NCBI GenBank assembly: GCA_028023455.1
Contig: JAQFVV010000010.1
Coordinates: 17,174,001 to 17,238,000, forward strand
DNA from: Epiperipatus broadwayi
Lineage: Eukaryota > Animalia > Onychophora
Length of the DNA: 64,000 nt
Reading direction: 5' to 3'
A program made the translations under genes and the position numbers. The notes below the pieces were generated by a model. It was given only the letters and a program-made list of their open reading frames with translations, searched no databases and had not been told where the DNA came from. Below, in pieces: positions 13,188 through 26,838 of the stretch; positions within the stretch are counted from its first letter, which is position 1; every line of letters begins with the position of its first letter.

Positions 13188-15873
13188 TGTAACGGTCAGA
13201 ATCGTCTATCTCGCTAACACACTGCAGAATTCAAACCCCAGACACGAAACTGAACATTCTAGGAGGGGTTGCCTTCTAGATATACTAAGTTCGAATCTAA
13301 AGCCCAAATTTCACAGCGCCATCTACGTGACAACGCATCTGATGCCACTACTAGTATGACCTTTGACCGGTGCCTGGTGGTCAGGGAGAAACAAAAGACT
13401 CTATACTAAAAGAAGTTTGGGTGGCTAATTAATGTCTATGGATTTACAAAAGAAATGCAGAAAATATATATATAGACCGAGACAGTGATAGGAATCTATA
13501 AAATAAGATATCAAATTTAGTTTTAAATAATTTCACACAATTTATTTAAATAAATAAATAAAACGCCACTGTCTGCTTATATGAGACAGGGACACGTATT
13601 AAATAATTTGGCATTATATGACAAAAAGACTTTAGAACAAAAAGATATATTCTATTCCTCGGGCTAATAGCATTACGATAATGTGCTTGACGAGATAGGA
13701 ACATGTGCGAGGTGCTTTGAGTAAGTATATAAGTTTAAGAAAATATTTGAAATTAAGTGTTCTAAAATATTCATTGATTTCGAGAATAGTACGGACAAAA
13801 GCTTGTTAAGCAACAAAGTGGGACTGTGATCAAAGCATTTATTTGAGAATAATAATAATAAAGTTACATTGGGAGGTCAGTATTGCTGATAATGAATTTA
13901 TTAAAGTTGGAGGGTGTGACACGTTTAAGTCACGGATGCTTTGTAAAATAAATATAAAATAAAACAATATCGAATATCCGGAATGATTACGGAGGGCATC
14001 TCGCCGCTAACCCGTAGGAAAGTATTTTGATGAACAGCCGAAACTTAGCAACTGTGTGACGATTGCGTTTAATTCCCAGGGGTGTCATTTGGAACACCCT
14101 CTGCCTGGAAACCGCAAGCATGGAGAGAACGGCCTTAGCCGTGTAAAGAATCCTTGGAAAAATAAAACAAAGCGGTCTCAACAACCAATTCATGTACCAG
14201 CAATACGAGACTAGAGTATAAAAAACATACTGAATGGGTTTTACTTGGATTAAGAGAAATGCCCAATCAAATTCCCCGAAATTCATTTAAAAAGGGTCCG
14301 CACATTCTCGACGTCAATGATGAACTTTATAATTAAAATAGAACACGGTAATTAAAATAAAAAAATGCATGCTTGCGGGTTTGAAAAGTAAGTATAGATT
14401 TATATATCCAATCATGCATTAGGGGACACATTTAATCATTGACTTCGCACATACTCTTATATTAGATTAAAATCAATAACATGTAGATTTTAAACTATGT
14501 GATTATATTATATTAAAGAAAAGAATCGCCCTCGAACGAGTGATTTGCAAGATAATAAAATTGGAAAATTATAAATTTAAAATATGCCTTAATAGCGGCG
14601 TCTTACTTTCAATAAAGGGAATAGTTCACTCGGTCAAAGACGATTCTGACACATTATCATAATAAAATAAAAGAAAGCTTTATAAATAGAAAATATTAAC
14701 CCAAGGACAGAGAGCAAAATGTTGAGTATATTTAAACACGTTAAAGAAATACATAAGGAAGTTAGGTGAAATATAAGGGAAACAATTTTAAATAGCTATA
14801 GCATGTTAGTTATCACAAGAGCTCTTGGGTTAATTTAGGTTACCTCTGGAGACGCATTGGCAGGTAGATGTTCGGCAGGTTTTATAATTCAGCAGCAAAA
14901 TCTGGAATGTTCATATTTTTGGCAGCGGCAGCAGCAGTTCCGGGGTCCGTGTGATAATTTCCAATGGTATGGAGCAGCGGCTGGCTATTCCGAGGGGACA
15001 TAGCCATCTTAACGCCTCTACTCGGACATGTCAAGATTAGCAAAATATTAGAATAGAACACAGAATGATTTCTCTTAGACACATTAGAATAAAAAACAAC
15101 TAACTGGAGAACAAAAGAAAAACCTCCTTTTTATAGTAGAATTTAACAATAGAACTGCCCTGTAGCATTACAAAAATATCGGACTTATCAACTGTAATTA
15201 AATCATCGGAATGTCTAAAGAAATTCAACATTAATTAATTTCTTTTGTTAATTTCCCCGTCGACATTCGAATTACAAACTAGATTTAATTAAAAATTACT
15301 TTTATTAATTAAAAAAAACCTTAAGTGGACATCTGCTGTTTTTAGATAAACTTATACAACATTTACTAATTAAACTATTGTCCCTCATTTATTTTAACAG
15401 AAATATTTGGAATAACTTTTATTAAATTAAAGAAAATGATTTTACTTTTTAAATTGCAATATTTGAATCTATTTACTAAACGAATATTTACTAAATGAAT
15501 TTTATTTTAAATCAAAATATATTATGACGGTAATATATTTGTAAATAGATTCAAACAAAATAACTTTACAATTTATAATTTTGATATGTTTTAAAATGCA
15601 TATCATAGTGTGTGCGCAATTACGACTTACATAACCTACTTTTTAATAAATCAAAATTATGTGAACATATACATAATCTATAATCTTTTATTTATTTGGA
15701 AATGAGTTATATATATAATACGAGCATTGTACTCGTGGTTTAAAATTAGGCGGGATTTTCGGTATATAAGCGTATTGCAGACACCCTACGATAGATTGGG
15801 GTTCAAACTAAGGTATGAGGGTAGGAAATAGGTGAGAAAAGGTGAAACGAAGATCTGCAAAGCAGACCTTACT
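13188..15873 (-). mobile_element. ~2.7-kb solo-LTR-like element (promoter on minus strand, decayed ORF on plus strand)
   Basis: Begins ATAT|TGTAACGGTCAG at 13188. The probable degenerate inverted end cagacc-ttac lies at ~15863-15872, and the right TSD is not preserved. Minus-strand TATAAAAA at 15135-15128 has an Inr-like CAGT 30 nt downstream (~15105). A plus-strand frame is long but stop-interrupted over ~13200-14350. GC and CpG are higher than in the flanks. Confidence 0.5.
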
Positions 15874-18780
15874 GATTAAATATAGATGTATTTATTATCA
15901 ATTGTTTTAAATGGATCAAGTGATTTACATTATTAAAGTTTTATTGATCATACAGCAAAATGTAAAATAATGTCATTGTTTTGTTTTTAACAAATAATAT
16001 ATTAGATGTATGTTGTAATACAATTGATATTTTATTATTTAAAAAGATGGGATGGATTAAAATACGTGTTAATAGATTTATTTCTTAATTCATTTATTCA
16101 TATTTTATTTTACTGCATGCATTTAACAACCAACATATAAGCATAAATGAATAAATAGTAAATTATTGTTTCATGTGCGTATTGTGCAAATGCATGTGTT
16201 TTTGTTTATGCAATTAAAACAATTTCCGAGTATAGATATTTAAGGGTATCATTTTATATAATAATTATGTTTAATGGTTAAAATGTATATTTTGTATTGA
16301 ATAAATATATATGCAAGAAATATTTATTTATTTATTTTATTCAAAATAAGATTTCAAAATTGTAAATTCCTTGTACTATTTTTTCTTTAAAAAAATTGTT
16401 TAAAAGTTAAAAAAAAAAAAAACATTTTGTTCTGGAATGCAGACTGCAACTAAGAAAACTCTTTATTAAATAGAAATTGATTCTATGTAGCAAAAAAAAA
16501 TGTGGAATTGAGTGAATCTATAGATGGTATCTAGGGTTATGACATCAGTATTTATTTCATCATGGGGAAACTGATATAAAAGTACATGACATGATGTTTT
16601 TCGAGAGATCTGGAATGCCTGGAAATTGTGTCAAAACATATGATAAGATCCAAATATATATTGTGTGGCATTGAATAACTAAAATGGATATAAAATAAAA
16701 ATAGATGTAAAATAAAATGAACAATAGTGTAATTTACTAAAGGATTTAAGTTGCTCAATTTTCACATAATCACACACAAAAAAAAAAATATCACAGGGAT
16801 TTACCATGGATATATTTTTTAAAATGTTTACTTCACTAATTTTATAATATTCTGATTATGAACAATACTTTCAGAATTTGGACAAGCTTTAAATATATAA
16901 TTGGTTAATAATACTTCAGTTTGCATCAGGATTAATGAGAAGCACCAAGACTTGTGACCTATTATTATTACTGTGCTGACTGTATTGAGTGTATTTTATA
17001 TAAATAATCCATTAAAAAAATATTCAACGATCCTTGGATGAATTTACCAAGTCGTATATATTTTTTTATTATATAGTTATGTTTACATATTCATTTAATG
17101 TGTAATGTGTGTGTTAGCATATATTATATAAATAGATTAACCAAAAAGAAAAGTAAAAAAATTTCAAAATAGAATTTTAAATATATTTATTAAAATTTAA
17201 TCTTAATTTTATATAACATTTTAAAAGTGTGTTTTATTCGTTTCATTATTTATCTATAAATTGAAAAGCCATATATTTAAATATAAATACAAAATCAGTT
17301 ATATTTAATAAAAATATATTATTCGTTTATGTTTATAAAAGATATCAGTTGTACTTAAATCGGTTGTCTTTCATTTATAACTGTAAAATTATTAAGAAAC
17401 AAAAAAGAACAGACAAGTCTTTTTTTTATATATAAAGATTTATTTAATACTGATTATGCAAATAAATATTTTATTTCTAGCTATCCATGCATCATTCTTT
17501 GCATTACATCATAGAGAAGTCAGAAATTTAACAAACTGTATCTTTTAAGTTATTTTTATCAATTATCAATTTATAAATTATCATTTTTTTATGTTAATAA
17601 ATTTTATTTTATTAATTAAATTTGAATCTCATGATTATTTCTAATTTATTGTGTAATAGTACCCAGGTTTAAACCCTGTTACAATGGAATGAAATATTAT
17701 CCACCGACTGCCCTGGATAAGCATAATTCCTATAAATTGGCTTCAATATGTTCGTACGAGGAGTGATATATATATGTCAGAGAGAGAAATAGATTAAAAA
17801 ATTAAAAAAAAAAAAAAGAAAATATATAATTATTTGTTTTGGAACATATTTAGAAATATGTTGTTATAAAAAGTAGTAATTGAGAGATACAGTTATAAGC
17901 AAATATATATTTTTTATTATTACTTGTTCATGTGTTTTATTTTAATGAGGGAAATGAAAAGACTTTGCTATATATACCTCTAGGCAATTCTTTGTTATTT
18001 GTTACAGTACTTAGCATCTCTAAATTCCGAAAAATCATCATAATTGTACCGTGGACAAAGAAACCAAAAATAAAAATGTAAAAAGCATTCCAGAGGGGGT
18101 AAAAAAAAATTGAAATGCTGATAAACTGAAATGGGAGATCCAAAAAATAAATTGATTAAAATCTCGGAACCGTAGAGAACAGAAAATACTTTGAAAAAAG
18201 AAAAATATATAGGTTTTTTTTTTCTTGTATTAATTTGTACGATTATGCATTCGTTAACTATTGAAATTCGCTGAAGTAACAAAATTGCAGAGAAAATGTT
18301 TTTCTTTGATATTTATTGAAAATGTCTATGATCCTAATGATGGGGTGAAAACTACATATGTGTATGGCTATCACTCCATGCTCTAAGTATATAGCTGTTC
18401 CTGCTCGCTGCCTGCCTTTACGAGAACCTCATGGACCTTACAGATCCACTGCCCAAGAGGAAAAGAAAAATGTTGAACTTCTGATGCTGATCAAACTTCC
18501 ATTAAAATATTTGTTAATCACTGTCGTCATTATTCTTTATTCCCAGTCAATGCCACCAAATGGATGCTCGTGCCGGACTTATGACAATAGCAGACATTTT
18601 CCTTTCTCCAACAAAAAAAACCTATAGATTTCTTCTTTGGATCACTAACTCGGAATGACGTAAGCTTATGTGGAAGCAAACTTATCTTTATTAAAATTCC
18701 CAAAAGTAAATATAATTTTCTTTGCATTAAGTGAACTTAGAATTGCATATAGTTATCCTCAAAAATGCTTATTCATTGTT

Positions 18781-18920
18781 AAAATGATTTATTAAACTGT
18801 ATGTATAATTGTATTCTTTGACATTATATTCCATATTTACATGATTTAAATATTTAAAATGATTTATTAAACTGTATGTATAATTGTATTCTTTGACATT
18901 ATATTCCATATTTACATGAT
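18781..18920 (+). repeat. 75-bp tandem duplication within the 5' LTR
   Basis: aaaatgatttattaaactgtatgtataattg...catgat at 18781 and 18856. Confidence 0.9.
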
Positions 18921-19307
18921 CTATTATATTTAATACATTTTGTTTTTCTTGTATGTTAGATTTTGATATGTGAATTATATATTTTTTCTTTTATGAATAT
19001 TTAATTTAATAAAATAAGAAAGAATAAAATTGTGTACTTTTTGAAACCGAATCATTTATTGAACATTAGTGAATAGATTTACGCTTGCCTATTTCTCTTT
19101 TCCTGCCAACATATCTTGCAAAACTAGCTAAATACATCTTACACGAGTAGGCACCTATATTAAATATACGTTAAACTCTGTTAAGTTTGATGAAGAAATT
19201 TTATTGTTCATTAATGGAATGAATACTCAGAGGAGGGGAAGTTAAAGCAGCTAATTTTAAATTATACACAATCTAGTTTGAGAGATATAGAAAAAGATAG
19301 TTCATAT

Positions 19308-22046
19308 TGAAACAGTCGACCTTAGTTTGTCGAGTTTCACCTTCTACCATTGTCCATGTGTCATCATGCTCCATTTTTTTAATGTAAAACATATATTATG
19401 GGAGCGTATATACGTAATTAAAAATATTAGGTAATTTTGTATTTTTTTAAAATTGAATTTTTCTATTTTAATACGTTGTAATTTTCTTTTTCATAAAACA
19501 AAATGCAAATTCAAGATAACTGTCTGAAATAATTAAAGGGGTGGGGAGTTTGTCTCATGATTTTAAACCAGGAAATTATAAATTAAAATTAAAAAAGTAA
19601 AAACTAAAACAAAGCTAATGCATTTTAGTTAGCTATTAACATTGTTTTAGTCAAATCCATTTCCAAGCAGGAAATTGATTTCAATTGATTTTAGACAGTT
19701 ATCTTAAAACTGAATCTTTATTAACAATAGAGTAAAGATTCTCCTAAAATAGAGATCCATTAGAGACAGGAAATCTATTTTAGAATAAATATTCTCTAAG
19801 GGGCCAAAAACTGATATAAATAAGGGGCCAAAAACTGATATAAATAAAGCTAAAAATCTATTATGTTAAGAGTTGGGTCAGTTGTTGCTAGGTGACTTCA
19901 CGTCCGTTTGAAACTTGGGAGAACCAAATTGCCATCCGCCGTCTTCAGCTGAGCCTTGCCGCAATGTAGCCCCAAAAAATGCCGCCCACGCAGCAGATTC
20001 GCCGATGCTTTCAAAGAATCCTGAGGTAACCAGCCAAAAGACTATATAACCGCCTTATCCACTTTTAACTATGTAATTTAATTTGTAAGATAATAATTTC
20101 GTTATATTTAATGTTTTCTTAAAGCTTTGTTAATCGTTATATCAATTCTTTGCTGCCTAATTATTATGCAATCCAACTCTGCCTAATTATTATGCAATCC
20201 AACTCATGCTTATTATTATTATTTTTATTAGTTAGTGCGGTTATGATTTAAGTTTAATATTTTTATATTTTCTTCCTTTATTTATATATTCCACTAAAAA
20301 AAAACTTAATCTTACGAACTTCTATTAACAAGGGAAGGGGTGGGGAATTAAAATGAGTTCTTATTAATTATTTTAAATACATCGTAAGTTTGGGTTATAC
20401 TTTAAATGAATATATTTTTATCTAAATGTTTTGTCGTAAATTTATACGAAACGTATAAATATTTTGCAATCCGGGGTGGATATTGGTGTCTGATAGTGTT
20501 ATAAAATTTCTTATTGATCATCATCGCCATAAAGACTGGTGATTTAACTTTATTTTGTAATTTGCATCCTTGACTTTTTTTTAATTACTATATTAAAATA
20601 TTGATTCAGGAAGGGGGAAGCAGTGCAAGCTTTATTAATGCTAGTTAATTGATAACCAAGACTCTATATTACATAGGTCATTATACTCGCATGTTATTAC
20701 ATATTTGTTAAACCATTTAAGGCTTTTCTTTAATAGTTAAATTTATTGATTTTATATTATTATGATAGCATTGCTAGCATATATCTAATTATTTATAAGC
20801 CGCATACGGCTTTGATCTGATTTGCCTATACCTCACTCCAGGGAATCACGATCATTTCGCTAGTCATTCTCTCCTCCAAATATATATATTATATACTGCT
20901 TTGAGTCGCCTGTACTTCACTCCAGGGATTCAAAGCTTCGTCGTTCGTATCCTCGTCATAAAAAAAAGTCTACGTTTACTTCTAGATTATTCAGATTAGA
21001 GTAGATGAAGCTATGTATAGTTTGCCGTGGTACGGCCTATAGTATCTTCCTACCAACCTTCTTCTTCCTGTACTGTCTCAGCAGAAAGCTGGCGTGTACC
21101 ATCATTATAAGAAATTGGAGAATGACCTTATCCTGGCCAAATGTGCCATTTCCTCTCAATGATATTATGCTAACACCGCCATTTCTTACAGTTAGTTTCA
21201 GCCTGATAATATTATGCTAACACCGCCATTTCTTACAGTTAGTTTCAGCCTGTTTAGCAAAATAAATCGTAATAATGGTGTTTAAACCCAATTTCTCGCG
21301 AAGCTGCCCTCCCTCTTTACTGAAATAAACTTTTCTCGCAAATATTAAGTTTTCGCTATATCCTGTCAAATGTTGAAAATATAGAAGAAATAATGTTTAA
21401 TACTGCCGATCAAAAATGTATCTGCATTATAATTATTATAAATGAAATATCTAAATAAGAACAATAAACTTATGTATTAAAGTCTTTTAATTAGCGAAAC
21501 TCGATTATATCTTTATAAATGTATTTTTATGTATAAAACGGCCACCAAACCATTCCGACAAATCCATCTCTTGTAACCGCCGCACTAACTTAATACTTGT
21601 CAATATCAATATAATCTTAATAATACTATTTAATGTGTATAATCAAAACAGTTTTATAAGCGTAGAGTCAATTATATATATCTAAACTCATCATCAATTA
21701 CGTTCAAATAAACATTTATATTTTACACTTAATCCAGTTGTTCGAATCTCATTAATGATATTTATATTTATGTATACTCGGAACTTAATATCTTGGGTTC
21801 ACTCAATCTCTCATCATCATCATCAGTTGAGTCAAATGTAAAATGTTGTAGCACCAGGCCAGGATGTAATGAATTTATGTGGTATCACCGTAGGTGTTGT
21901 TCATAATGTTATAGTTTTGGGGAATGGGCAAATAGGTTAGAATTCATGATTGCTCCTGACCTGTGTATCTTGCGCATGATTGATTCGGGGTACTTTTGCC
22001 TAGATTCTAAATCTTGTTGGATGGACATACATTTTCGACCGATATA
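19308..22046 (+). mobile_element. 2739-bp solo-LTR-like element nested in the Gypsy 5' LTR
   Basis: An exact ATAT TSD (19304-19307 and 22047-22050) restores the uninterrupted 3'-LTR sequence gttcATATacgcaaa. The termini TGAAACAGTCGA and TCGACCGATATA are degenerate inverted repeats. TATAAATA lies at 19839 and TCAGTT at 19878. A minus-strand decayed ORF starts at ATG 22032. Short internal tandem duplications sit at ~19800, ~20153 and ~21160. Confidence 0.8.
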
Positions 22047-22540
22047 ATATATGCAAATTTCACTGCATATATCCATTCATCTGATAGATTTCCTCCCAAC
22101 CCTAAGAGTGAGTAACTAGGGTCGGGCACCTGAGCAGAGGTATTTAAGATCATTTAGAATATTAGGAAAAGTATAATTCTTGCTGTATTAGTGAGATTGG
22201 TACTTGAGGTCGGTTGCTACCTGATGCTCATAAATATACTTTATCCAGATAATTTTTTTGCTTGTTTGTTTTTAATAGTGGCTACTGCAAAAAATTCTTA
22301 ACAACCTGATATAGGATATGCGCATGATAGATATAAGTCGTATTTATAAAATTTCCTCATGAAATTGATTCATATTTGAATTTGATATGGTAGACAGTGT
22401 TCAAATACTGCCTACAGGTGTTATGGCAACTAAACAGCCATAGTTTTATATTTGTTATTGCGTGAGGTACACTTACTCATTTTTAAACATATTTATTTTG
22501 TGCAGACATTGTAATTAATACAGAGGGTCGCCTGTTAAAA

Positions 22541-22561
22541 TGGCTTCCCAACAAATGGGGC
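22541..22561 (+). promoter_or_regulatory. Primer-binding site, degenerate tRNA-Lys type
   Basis: TGGCTTCCCAACAAATGGGGC directly follows the 5' LTR and resembles the tRNA-Lys PBS TGGCGCCCAACGTGGGGC. Confidence 0.75.
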
Positions 22562-22846
22562 TGCGAATGTAGGAGAATGGCAGGTTGGTAAGAAATTTAT
22601 TTTTAATTGTTTTGTCTTGTTACTATTGCATTAAAGAATAATGCACCAGATAGGGTAGAAATTGGAGTGAGGATTAGAGGTTCAACAGTAGGGCAGGTGA
22701 CAATCAACATAGTACATTGTGAGCTGGGTGATGAGCCTGGCACATTATAAAGAGAAAAGTAAAAAAAAAAAATTTTGATATTATATTCACTCCGAAATAA
22801 AAGTTTGTGTTTCCCAGCGATATAGAAAACACAAAAATAGAAATAA

Positions 22847-25800
22847 ATGAAAACCCATTCACGAGAAAGAAAGGAAAAGAAGATAGACCAGGACAGCAGA
22901 GATAAAGCAAAAGAGACAGGCATAATGGATATTATAATAGAAAAATTACAGGAGATAAAGGGGTATTCAGAAGACAGAAGGAAGAGAGACCGAGAGAACA
23001 TATCATCAGTTTACAAAAATATTTTAGGAGATATGGGATGCTGGAGAAATGCAAAATAATCATAGTACATCAACCTCGAACATTCCAGGAGTATGATCCA
23101 CCTCGAAGAAGCTGTTTTGGACAAAGAAACAGCAGGAAAGTATTAAACTGTGAATCATAAATCAGAAGTTTCAAAGAAAAGTTATGTACAGTTTTTCAAA
23201 CAAGTGGCCACCCTAAAAGCATTAGAGAGGTGTAAACTATTTGAAAATCAGATCATAAGAATGGTATGCAGAAATTTGCCATTGGAAATAAAATGCTTGG
23301 TGGAGATTAGAGGTAATAGGTTAGCTAAAGAAACTGACAAAATACTAAATCAAATTGAATAGATGAGCAAATGTTGGGAGGGGGGGTTGGAGACAGAACA
23401 TTCATGGACAAATGTAAAATGGATATGGCAAAAAAGGGGAGAAGAGTTGGTACACCAGGGAAAAGAAAAACGGGAATTTGGTGTGTTCATGAGAAGTCAA
23501 GGTTCCATGCTATGCTAAACAGGGGTGCCCAAAGTTTTGTATTGAAATAGATGAAATAGAAATAAAAACCCTCATAGATTCAGGTAGTCAAATACTATAT
23601 AATAAACTGGTGGGAAACAATCTTGCATATGAACTCTTTTATTGAAGGCCGCACAAGTAACAATGGCAAACAATAAGAGGGCCAAGGTAGAACCCAAGCA
23701 GATATGGATGGACTTGTGGCACCATATTAGGGTCTGATTTCCTACACAAACACAAATGTGTTATGAAAGAGAGTCATACATGAAGGAGAAATAATTAAAT
23801 TCCTGGTGCTGAACCTATACCATCCAATAGGGGTTATAAATGTCAAAGAACATCTAACGGACAGCGTAACAGCAAGAAAGAAAGGAAACCAATCCAGAAG
23901 AGGAGTGCATGCTGCAGAAAAGTATGGCCGCACTTTTTCAGATGTATCCAGTGTAATTAAAGGGTGTGAACAAAGAATTAAAATAAACCAAAATCAACCT
24001 TTCCAGTCTAGGTCATACCCAGTTCCACATCAATAGCGGGACAACGTTAAGCAACAAATCGATCAAATGGTAAAGTGGGGAATTATTTTGAAGTATTCCT
24101 CCTCATATTGTAATCCACTGGTGGTTGTAAAAAAAGATGGATCAGTCAGGCTCCCACCACCTATGCAGGAACTGTTGGGGAGATTTAAGAAAAAGAAATA
24201 TTTTCAGCTTTTGACTTGACCATCAGTTACTGGCAAATCCAACTCCATCCTGAAGACCAGAAATACATCACCTTTAGAAATGATGATGATTATTCTTATC
24301 AGTTTAACCGTATGCCATTCGGCATAATAAAGAGCAGTGTGTTTTTTGAGATGCTTGGACCAAGTATTATCGGAGGTCAAAAAGTTGGTGATAGTGTATG
24401 TAAACAACGTATTAGTGGCATTGGCAACCATTGAGGAACATTTTAAGTACATAAGAGTTATTTTTCAAAAAATGCCTAAAGAAAGGAATTACGGTTAAAA
24501 AAAACATGATATGTAAGGATGAAGTCACATTTTTAGGCCATGTGATGGGTACCCAAGGGATCAAACTCCACCCAGACAAGATTCAACCTATGAGAGAATT
24601 TCCTAAACCTGTCTCAGAAGCAAATTCGATCATTCCTGGGCCTCTGTAATTTTTACAACAGGTTTTACGATGAGTTGATAAAACAGAGAGAGCCTTTGGT
24701 CAGATTGGTAAGGAAAAATATCCCCTGGAAGTGGACTCAATAACAAGAGAAAGCCTTTGAGATAAAGAGGGGTTTCGAGAAACAAGTCATGTTGGCTTCC
24801 ATGTTGGATTTCCCTGATTTCAAGAAGTCATTCATCATACAAACAGACAATAGTGGGTATGGGCTAGGGGTCACATTATCTCAGATGCAGGATGATGATC
24901 AGGTGGGGATATTGTACTTTACAAGCCAATTGCTTAAGGGAGCTTCACTTCACTTCCCCATATTGAAAAGGAAGATCTCGCAATCGTCTGGGCATTCCAG
25001 AAGTTCAGGACTCTTGTTGGTATCAAAAATGGTTGTCACTACTGATTATAAAAGTTTGGAGTTTTTGAATCACAGTTACTTGATCAACAGTCAGCTGATT
25101 CACTGGGGTCTATATCCGCATGAATATCACTATACATAAAATATTGCAAATAGTCATAACCTTGCCCAATCCCAACCATGCCATTTGAATAGAGAGAACC
25201 TGTATGTCGCCAGTTTAAAACAGGATAAACGAAGAAGTGGAACAAGACCTGGTCCAATTATCCAAACAGGAAGATGGACAATTGAAGACATTGATTAAGC
25301 AGCTAGAGAAAAAGGTAACAACAAAACTTAGGATTGGTGGGAAACACTAAATGAGACAATCTATATTACAATACAAAATTCACAAGGATCAAGAGAAGTG
25401 GAAGCCCATCTTACCACATCAGATAAGAGATGCCGTTATCACCCATGCATACCAACTCTATGGTCATTACAACACACCCAAACCTGAGTGCTTGCTATGG
25501 TACTAGTTTTATTGGCCCGGAATGCATACTAATATTATGGCTGTGGTAGGCCAGTGTGAGATATGCCAAAAGGCAAAGCCAGCAGTTATGTAATGCCTAT
25601 GACTACCATAATTCTAACAAAGCCCTGGATTACTATGATCCGTTGTCAGGCTTTTAACAGAAAAAAGTATCTCATAGTGGTATAACAGAAAAAAGTATCT
25701 CATAATGGTATATGATCTATTTTCGAAATTCATAGTCGCATACCCGATACCCTAGGTAAACACTAGAAACACCATAAAGGTGCAAGAAAATAACTATTTC

Positions 25801-26467
25801 CCCACTGTGGGAAAACCAAAAAGTTAGTACTATCAGATCATGGTACTCTGTTCATATCAGGGCAATGGTGTAGGTAGGTACAACAATAGGTAATCAAGCA
25901 TGTGTTGATATCCATCCATAAACTGCAGTCAAACCCACGTGAAAGGGTCATGTGAGCATTAGGTCAGCTATTTAGAATCCATCTTCCAATGAACCATTGA
26001 GGTTGGGTCAAGCAAGTTTCACAGGTCATCAATTATATCAATTGGTCGGTCAATGATTCAACCAGGTTTGCTCAAATACAACTGCATTTAGGCAAATATG
26101 TCCATCGATTACTAAAAACCCTCTTGCAGAAGTGAGTCCCCGATAGAGGTAGAAGCCAATAGAGCTCAAGGTTACCAGACCCTTATGAAAAGGAGACTCA
26201 ATTAGAATAAAAGATCAGTGGGTACACAACAATGATTCCAAATAGGGTACAATGGTAATGGTGAAAATGCCACATGTTAGTGATCTTGGGAAGTTCGTCT
26301 GTCAAAAGTTTTGTAATTTATATGAGGGCCCGTTTGTTATTGTTCGGCGCCAGGGAAACACTGCATTTTGGGTAGACATTGGGTCAGAGATTAAAGGGTC
26401 TTACAATGCTAGGGCTTTAAAACCCATGCCAAGGGTTTTTTTTTTAGCCCTCAAAAGATCATTTTGA
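22847..26467 (+). pseudogene. pol: Decayed gag-pol of the Gypsy element (many stops and frameshifts)
   Basis: Protease LIDSGS at 23571-23588. RT motifs SYPVP, YCNPLVVVKKDGSVRL, DLTISYWQIQL..EDQKYITF and YQFNRMPFG, with YVDD decayed to YVNN at 24397-24408. RNase H FIIQTDNSGYGLG at ~24835. Integrase HAYQLYGH..CEICQ at ~25441-25570, SDHGT at 25833, SNPRER at ~25930 and YEGPF at 26321. Confidence 0.92.
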
Positions 26468-26479
26468 CATCTTTCCACT

Positions 26480-26490
26480 GGGGAGTGGGC
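26480..26490 (+). promoter_or_regulatory. Polypurine tract
   Basis: GGGGAGTGGGC ends 3 nt before the 3' LTR TGTAACA. Confidence 0.8.
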
Positions 26491-26838
26491 TATTGTAACA
26501 GTAGCTGGATTTAAACCCTGTTCGAATGGAATGAAATAGTATCCATTGGCTGCCTTGGATAAGCATAGTTCCTATAAAGTGGCTTGAATATGTTCGACTA
26601 TTATATATGAGGAGTGATATATATATGTCAAAGAGAAAAATATTAAAATTTTTTTTTTAAAAAGAAAAAATATAATTATTTGTTTTGGAACATATTTAGA
26701 AATATGTTCTTATAAAAAGTAGTAATTGAGAGATACAGTTATACGCAAATATATAATTTTTTTATTACTTGTTCATATGTCTTATTTTAATGAGGGTAAT
26801 GAAAAGACTTCACTATACATTTCTCTAGGCAATTCTCT

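Larger units (their letters stand above)
17652..22539 (+). repeat. 5' LTR (~1.6-kb core) expanded by a 2739-bp nested element, a ~400-bp segment absent from the 3' LTR (~18155-18550) and a 75-bp tandem duplication
   Basis: Colinear with the 3' LTR over 17652-19307 and again over 22047-22539. I count about 15 mismatches in the first 103 aligned bases. Confidence 0.9.

Noticed and set aside
26467-26494. env gene in the Gypsy element
   Set aside because: The integrase frame ends about a dozen bases before the PPT, leaving no room.
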